DNA of 64,000 nucleotides from the NCBI GenBank assembly GCA_965199825.1, contig OZ241329.1, positions 2,240,001-2,304,000 of the forward strand, written 5' to 3'. Positions 58,636 to 64,000 of the stretch are shown here, piece by piece. The position numbers and the translations under genes are program-made. The notes under the pieces were generated by a model that saw only the letters and a list, made by a program, of their open reading frames with translations, was not told where the DNA came from and searched no databases. Positions within the stretch are counted from its first letter, which is position 1; each line of letters opens with the position of its first letter. Source of the stretch: Bdellovibrionales bacterium (GTDB lineage: Bacteria; Bdellovibrionota; Bdellovibrionia; Bdellovibrionales; UBA1609).

Positions 58636-60012
58636 TTGAAGCCAATTTTAGCCACCCTACTATTTTGTTTTTTCTCCTCGACTTTGAGTCACGCCCAAAT
58701 GGTCAGTGCCCAAAATCGGGGTGAGTTTGGTTTATTTCAAAATCAGTATGTCTCACCATCAGTCACACCCAATCAGCACGAAGGATTTTCGTCTTTAGGT
58801 GGGCAAGCAGATTATAAATTTATCGGCAGAAATTGGGATTACAAATCAAGCGCAAACGGAATCTTGGCGCTCGATGGAACTAAAGAAAATTATTTTGCGG
58901 TGCCCGATATTTTTGCGGTTTACAAAGGATTCAATAACAACATTCAGGTCTCACTCGGACGCCGGCGCGAAATGTGGAGTGAGTTTGATGAGCAGTGGAA
59001 ACTTGGACTCTTTCAACCGGTGGCCCGCTGGGATTATCTGAATCCTCAAGAGCAGGGATTGACCGGTGTGTTTTTTGATTACGAGCGACACCCCTATGCG
59101 GTGCGAGTTTTTGTCTCAGGCTTATTTATTCCTGATCAAGGTCCCAATTTCGAAATTCGCGATGGTGAATTCGCAAGCGACAATCGTTGGTTTTCGGCTC
59201 CCCAAACTCATGCTTTATTTCGCGAGCGATTTACAAAAATTAATTATCAAGTCGATCGGCCTCCAGTGAGCGACATTATTAATCAAGCAAGCTTTGGAGC
59301 AAAGATCACTTATGGCTCGCGCGATGAGGGGTACTGGGTGTCGTTTGCCGAAGCGATTAAGCCTCTAAACGAATTTCATTTGGCCATTGATCCGCGCTAC
59401 AGCATCTCACCAACCCAATTTTCACAGCAAGGGGTTGCGATCGTTCATCCCATTGTGGTGTCGGACCAAGTGTCCTCGGTCGAGGCGGGTGTGACCCATG
59501 ATCGTGAGCGCGGCTGGGTGTCGGTCACACGCGATGCACCCAAGCGCCCAGACCTTCCGGCACGCTATGAGCAAGCAAGCCTTTATCCCGCACTGTTTTT
59601 GGGTGTAAACTATGCTCATGGAGCCGAGATTTTTGGAATTCGCCGCTCAGAGGTTCAGGTCTCGGCACTTTACCGTTGGGACGAGAGAACAACGCGCGCC
59701 GGAGGCCTTGCTGGAGATACGGTCGAATCCTCTCTTCAGCGTTTTGATTTTGAACAAGTGGCGGCTGTGGAGTGGAATATTCAGCCAATCAACCTTCGTT
59801 CACGCTCGATCACTTTTAAAACAAAATATATGTACTCATTTCCTGAAAAAGGCGGACTGCTCTCTTTTCGAACCGGTATCGGATTTGATCGCGACTTACG
59901 AATCGATTTGGGTTTTGATTTGCTGGGTGCCGACACGGATTACACGACGGGGCTTATGGGTCGCTACAGATCCAATAGTCGAATGACGGGGGGATTGAGT
60001 TACATTTTTTAA
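58636..60012 (+). CDS. Putative outer-membrane beta-barrel protein
   Basis: Signal ending SHA; alternating beta-strand pattern; C-terminal GLSYIF (BAM-type signal). Start uncertain; the ORF is open from 58597. Confidence 0.65.
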   Translation: MKPILATLLFCFFSSTLSHAQMVSAQNRGEFGLFQNQYVSPSVTPNQHEGFSSLGGQADYKFIGRNWDYKSSANGILALDGTKENYFAVPDIFAVYKGFNNNIQVSLGRRREMWSEFDEQWKLGLFQPVARWDYLNPQEQGLTGVFFDYERHPYAVRVFVSGLFIPDQGPNFEIRDGEFASDNRWFSAPQTHALFRERFTKINYQVDRPPVSDIINQASFGAKITYGSRDEGYWVSFAEAIKPLNEFHLAIDPRYSISPTQFSQQGVAIVHPIVVSDQVSSVEAGVTHDRERGWVSVTRDAPKRPDLPARYEQASLYPALFLGVNYAHGAEIFGIRRSEVQVSALYRWDERTTRAGGLAGDTVESSLQRFDFEQVAAVEWNIQPINLRSRSITFKTKYMYSFPEKGGLLSFRTGIGFDRDLRIDLGFDLLGADTDYTTGLMGRYRSNSRMTGGLSYIF

Positions 60013-60037
60013 TCGGCTTTTTTTTCTATTTTTCTTT

Positions 60038-62377
60038 TTGACTGGATGTGGAATTCATCTGGGCGAAAAACCACCAGAAAAAAAAGAAATTCGGGTGGAT
60101 TTTCATTGCTCGGCCGATGTTTCGACATTTGTGCGGACCTATGTGCACGCCGAACAAAAAAATGTTTCCGAAACCGAAAAGTTTTTTGAGTGTCTCAAGG
60201 AATCACTTTTGTCTTTTCAGACTTATGTGGCTGGAGATGTTAAAGAGCGCTACACCCCAGAAGAACTCAAAAATTTTGTTGAGCATGTTTTGATTACTGA
60301 TCGCCCGCTCACCAACCAACTCTTGCATCAGTTTATGCTTATCAAAGTGGCTTTGATTGGCGGAAGCACCGAATTTTTAAGACATGATGAAATCACCGGC
60401 GCCATTATTTTAATGGACCAACTTAAGACCATTGCCAAAAATTTATGGCCCTACATTTCAATTATTAATCCCTATGTTGGCCGCCAAAAAAAAATAATGA
60501 ACTTACCCTTGCCATCCACCGATCTTGCGGTCGCGGCTCTTGATCAAGCGGCCATCCAAATTGGTGATCTTTTGGCTTCCAGTCACAACCCCTATGCCTT
60601 CAATGACTTCAAAAATTTTATTCAAGAGTTTAGGAGTTTTGCGAAATGGGATTCGGCCTTTCCTTCGGCCGGCTCAGTGGACTCGTGGATTGATTTTTGG
60701 ATAGCATTTAAGGATTTTGCGGTGCGCCCTTCGGCACAAACAGAAATTGTTCCTGAAGAATGGCCACGACTGATGCGTCAAGCAGTGGGGTGGTACAGCA
60801 CCTGGCTGCGCTTTGAATTTTCGGTTCATGGCCAAGATATTTTTGTTCAGCCCGGTTTAAATCAGACCACCGCCTTGGTAAACGGAGTAGCCGATCTGCT
60901 TGAGCGCTCCATTGCCTCTCATCCAAAAACAATGATTGAGTTTGATCAAATTTTAAATCTCTTTCAGAAAATGAAAGGTGTGGATCTGATTTCTGACCCG
61001 GTCACGCCCGAGGTTCTTTCGAGTGTGGTTCGAGTGGTGTTTGAAAAAATCTTAGGCCCCACAGAGGTTCAGCCCAAGCGTCGGGTGAGCGAAGGTATTG
61101 ATTTAGCTGCGGTTGCCCATCTGAAAAATGAATATGAAATCTTTAAACAAGCTCAACTTTTTTTAAACCAATTATTTTTTGAAAAAAACAAAAAAGGTTT
61201 AAGCGTAATCAAAGATTGGCTTAAGTCTCCATCTTTAAGAGAAAGTATTGACCCCTTAGATTTGGCGCGCAAAGTGGGAGGGCCAGACGAGCAATATCTC
61301 GGACTCTTTTTTCAAGCCATCCGAATTGACCGGCCACTCTTTGCACCGAATCTCGAGAATAAAATACGCGTGCTTTTATTAAGTCCAAAAAATCTCGATC
61401 AGATTCAATTTTCATTTGAAGATTTGTCGATGAAAAATATGTTGTTTGCGGTGATCCGACTTCTGGTCAAAGGTTACGCGGGCGATGACGAGCGACGGCT
61501 TCAAATGGTGGGTCTGACCCGAAGTGAAGTCCAAGATTTTTACGAAGATTTTAGACTCTTAGGCGAGCAGATTCATATTCTTGATCCTCGCAGTCCACGT
61601 TCAGGCAGCCGAAGTTTTTTAGAAGGCAAACTCTTTACCTACGCAGGCCACGGGTATGAGGAATTCTCGGCAGATGTGCAGTTAAAATATTTAAGTCTTG
61701 CACCAGGGATCGAACTTTTTGGATTTTTAATCTCAGGCGGATTGACATCGCGACAGCTGTACTACGAGCTTGCCAAGCCGTCGCTCTGCCCGCCGCAAGA
61801 GGATTATCCAGTTGATATTTTTGGTGATAAGGAACTCAAAAAAGAGTGCATCATGCCCTACATGGTTGAGCACATTCAGGATAACCTTGATCACCTTCCA
61901 GAGTGGCAAAAATATTATCGACAATTGAGCCTGGCTGAAAAAAATAAATTTCTAGAATCCCTTTTGGCAGCCGCAAAGGATCCCCAACTTGATCCCAACT
62001 GGGTTGAAAAACCAGATCTCACCGGAATGATCGTGGTCCTTCAATACATTGAGGCGATCTTTACCCGTTATGATCTTAATGGCGATGGAATTTTAAATGA
62101 ATCAGAAATCAATAATGCTTATCCCACCTTTCGTGGTTTGATTCGAGATATGGCAGCCCAAATCGGCAGACCGCTCACGAGTGAATCCGATGTGCGCTAC
62201 GTGTTTAATCATATTTTGCTTTATCATCAAATCCCTCCTGGGACGTGGCGCGATTTGATTCGCAAAAACTTTCGCCTTCGTGATTTTCATCTGACACGTC
62301 TGCAGCTCACCGAGGCATTTCATATGATCATTCAGCAAATTCTTGAAATTGACCGACTTAAAAATCCTGGGCAGTGA
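60038..62377 (+). CDS. Large helical lipoprotein with an EF-hand-like loop
   Basis: LTGC lipobox; DLNGDGILNESE. Start codon problematic (see findings). Confidence 0.7.
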   Translation: MTGCGIHLGEKPPEKKEIRVDFHCSADVSTFVRTYVHAEQKNVSETEKFFECLKESLLSFQTYVAGDVKERYTPEELKNFVEHVLITDRPLTNQLLHQFMLIKVALIGGSTEFLRHDEITGAIILMDQLKTIAKNLWPYISIINPYVGRQKKIMNLPLPSTDLAVAALDQAAIQIGDLLASSHNPYAFNDFKNFIQEFRSFAKWDSAFPSAGSVDSWIDFWIAFKDFAVRPSAQTEIVPEEWPRLMRQAVGWYSTWLRFEFSVHGQDIFVQPGLNQTTALVNGVADLLERSIASHPKTMIEFDQILNLFQKMKGVDLISDPVTPEVLSSVVRVVFEKILGPTEVQPKRRVSEGIDLAAVAHLKNEYEIFKQAQLFLNQLFFEKNKKGLSVIKDWLKSPSLRESIDPLDLARKVGGPDEQYLGLFFQAIRIDRPLFAPNLENKIRVLLLSPKNLDQIQFSFEDLSMKNMLFAVIRLLVKGYAGDDERRLQMVGLTRSEVQDFYEDFRLLGEQIHILDPRSPRSGSRSFLEGKLFTYAGHGYEEFSADVQLKYLSLAPGIELFGFLISGGLTSRQLYYELAKPSLCPPQEDYPVDIFGDKELKKECIMPYMVEHIQDNLDHLPEWQKYYRQLSLAEKNKFLESLLAAAKDPQLDPNWVEKPDLTGMIVVLQYIEAIFTRYDLNGDGILNESEINNAYPTFRGLIRDMAAQIGRPLTSESDVRYVFNHILLYHQIPPGTWRDLIRKNFRLRDFHLTRLQLTEAFHMIIQQILEIDRLKNPGQ

Positions 62378-63650
62378 GCCGTGCCACGAGATCATGCCCA
62401 ATCCACATCACCGGTTTTTTGGGTTTAAAACCTTCGCACAGCATTACTTTTCCGCATGCTTCAAAAACAATTTCGCTTAAAACTGCGGTTAATAATTCTT
62501 TTTCAGAGCGATGGGCTTTGAGGATTTGGGTTGAGGCCTCGCGCATCAGTGCCATTTGTGCTGCACCATTGTGCTGCGGCCATTTTTCATACTGGCTCCA
62601 CTCCTCGGCAATTAAAGGATTCGAAAAATAATCAGAAGCAGTTTTCAAAACTTGGTCGAGATCAATGTCTTCCTTTAACAATGACTGACATTTTTGAAGC
62701 AACTCTTTGGTTTTTGGATGATTGGGAATTTCTTTTTTGAGTGCCCCCAAAAGCGGATAAAGCGCAACCTCGACACCTAAAAAAATACTGCTCGAATTGG
62801 TCAAAATTTCGGGAGCATTGTAAACGCTCGCGCTAATGCCTTTATGAAACATTTCGGTTGCGATTTTTTCAAGCTCAAGTTTGGCAAAACCTTGTAAATA
62901 AGGCGCGTAGGATTGCCAACGATAGCCTTCATTGATCAAGATTTCGGTTCCGTGATAGCCATAGGCCACATATGAAACTTGTTTACCTGATTGGCGCGCC
63001 CTTAATGGCTCGGAGAGTTCGATCAGTTGCCGAAAAGTTTGAGCGGTGACTTCCATAAAACTCAAATTACACAAACGTCCCAGAGGGGATTGCCAAAATT
63101 CTTCGCTCGATTGAAAGCGCTCACCAAACCCCTTAAACACCCGATTCATCGCGGGCATTATGATTTTGGCGCGGGGAACACCTCCGGCCATGGTGTGCAC
63201 GAAAAGGACATGACTTGATTTTGGAATGTGGCCTTCAAGCTCTTTTAAATATTTTTTTACACTGCTCGAAAATCTTTTTTGACCCACTTCGAAAGATTCC
63301 TGAACTTGATCAAAATCAAGTTGGGCTGACAGCCAATTGGAAAGCTTAGTGCCTTCAAGCTGCGAGGCGGGTGATTGATTTTTTTTTGAGAGTTCAAGAT
63401 CAAAACCGGCTTCAAGCGGAATGTTGATCAGTGGGCTTTGTTTTTGTTCAAGTTCTTGGTCATCTAAGGCTCTTAAATGATTTTCGGCATCTCGACGGCC
63501 CACGGTGCTGTAGATCACGGTCATGCCTTTTTTTTTGGCCGCATCGATCAAACCATTCACGTAGCCTCGCGAGAAGACCTCACCAAAGACAACCAGAACA
63601 TCCCCTGGGCCGTAATGACATTCCGATATCTCTCTTAAAGGTTCAAACAT
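62358..63650 (-). CDS. FabMG-type enoyl-ACP reductase-like protein
   Basis: VFGEVFSRGYVNG, HTMAGGVP, AYGYHGT, WQSYAPY, PEILTNSS. Family recognised from memory; start ATG 63650 inferred. Confidence 0.65.
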   Translation of the reverse strand: MFEPLREISECHYGPGDVLVVFGEVFSRGYVNGLIDAAKKKGMTVIYSTVGRRDAENHLRALDDQELEQKQSPLINIPLEAGFDLELSKKNQSPASQLEGTKLSNWLSAQLDFDQVQESFEVGQKRFSSSVKKYLKELEGHIPKSSHVLFVHTMAGGVPRAKIIMPAMNRVFKGFGERFQSSEEFWQSPLGRLCNLSFMEVTAQTFRQLIELSEPLRARQSGKQVSYVAYGYHGTEILINEGYRWQSYAPYLQGFAKLELEKIATEMFHKGISASVYNAPEILTNSSSIFLGVEVALYPLLGALKKEIPNHPKTKELLQKCQSLLKEDIDLDQVLKTASDYFSNPLIAEEWSQYEKWPQHNGAAQMALMREASTQILKAHRSEKELLTAVLSEIVFEACGKVMLCEGFKPKKPVMWIGHDLVARLTAQDF

Positions 63651-63934
63651 AGAAGGGTCTCCAATTTTTTTAAAATCTTTGCATGGTCTCAATAAAAATA
63701 GGAATCGGATTTTAGCAAGGAGATCAAGCATGGTTTTCTTTTTGACACTCAAGGGGATTATTCAAAGGCTATTACAGGTTGTAATTGTTCTAAATTTAAC
63801 CCCGGATTCGGTTGAAACCGCCTGAAGCCCTTTTGATAAGAAAAAACCAACTGAAAATTTGTGAAGCTGCACCAATTTTGTTAATCCCAGTGCTTGTTTT
63901 GGAGGCCGTGAGGAGGGGATTGAAGAGTCCATTG

Positions 63935-63950
63935 TGGCACTGAGATTGCC
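63935..63950 (+). promoter_or_regulatory. Sigma54 promoter for a gene beyond the window
   Basis: TGGCACTGAGATTGCC, a perfect TGGCAC-N5-TTGC; GGGAG near the window end. Confidence 0.7.
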
Positions 63951-64000
63951 ATACCCTCATTGTGGCTTGAAATTGGGCACAAATAAGTTTTGGGAGACAT

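Noticed and set aside
1..64000. CRISPR arrays, tRNA, rRNA, prophage
   Set aside because: No regularly spaced repeats, cloverleaf signatures or phage genes were seen in the short intergenic regions.

Overview
64-kb, densely coding bacterial chromosomal window with many convergent gene overlaps. Gene content suggests a Bdellovibrionota-like organism (inference). Housekeeping genes: sucA-sucB-lpdA, trpS, nrdAB, fur-uvrA, hemB, maf, lgt, slyD, mltA, aguA-aguB, a FabMG-type enoyl-ACP reductase and a SWIM-SNF2 helicase. There are also many secreted or lipoprotein orphans. Features the ORF track does not explain: (1) a bacteriophytochrome running off the left edge; (2) a candidate ~88-nt sigma54-driven sRNA between mltA and trpS, with two AUGGA-loop (CsrA-type) hairpins and a C-rich linker; (3) a lipoprotein alpha-carbonic anhydrase lacking all three Zn-ligand histidines, in an apparent operon with a cNMP-binding protein and an AI-2E transporter; (4) an IS1-like element with perfect inverted repeats; (5) several sigma54-type promoters; (6) an NdvA-like glucan exporter paired with a YddA/BacA-like ABC transporter; (7) a UvrA lacking its insertion domain; (8) a lipoprotein whose signal peptide has no in-frame start codon. 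No CRISPR array, tRNA or rRNA was recognised. All family calls come from reading motifs by eye, not from database searches.
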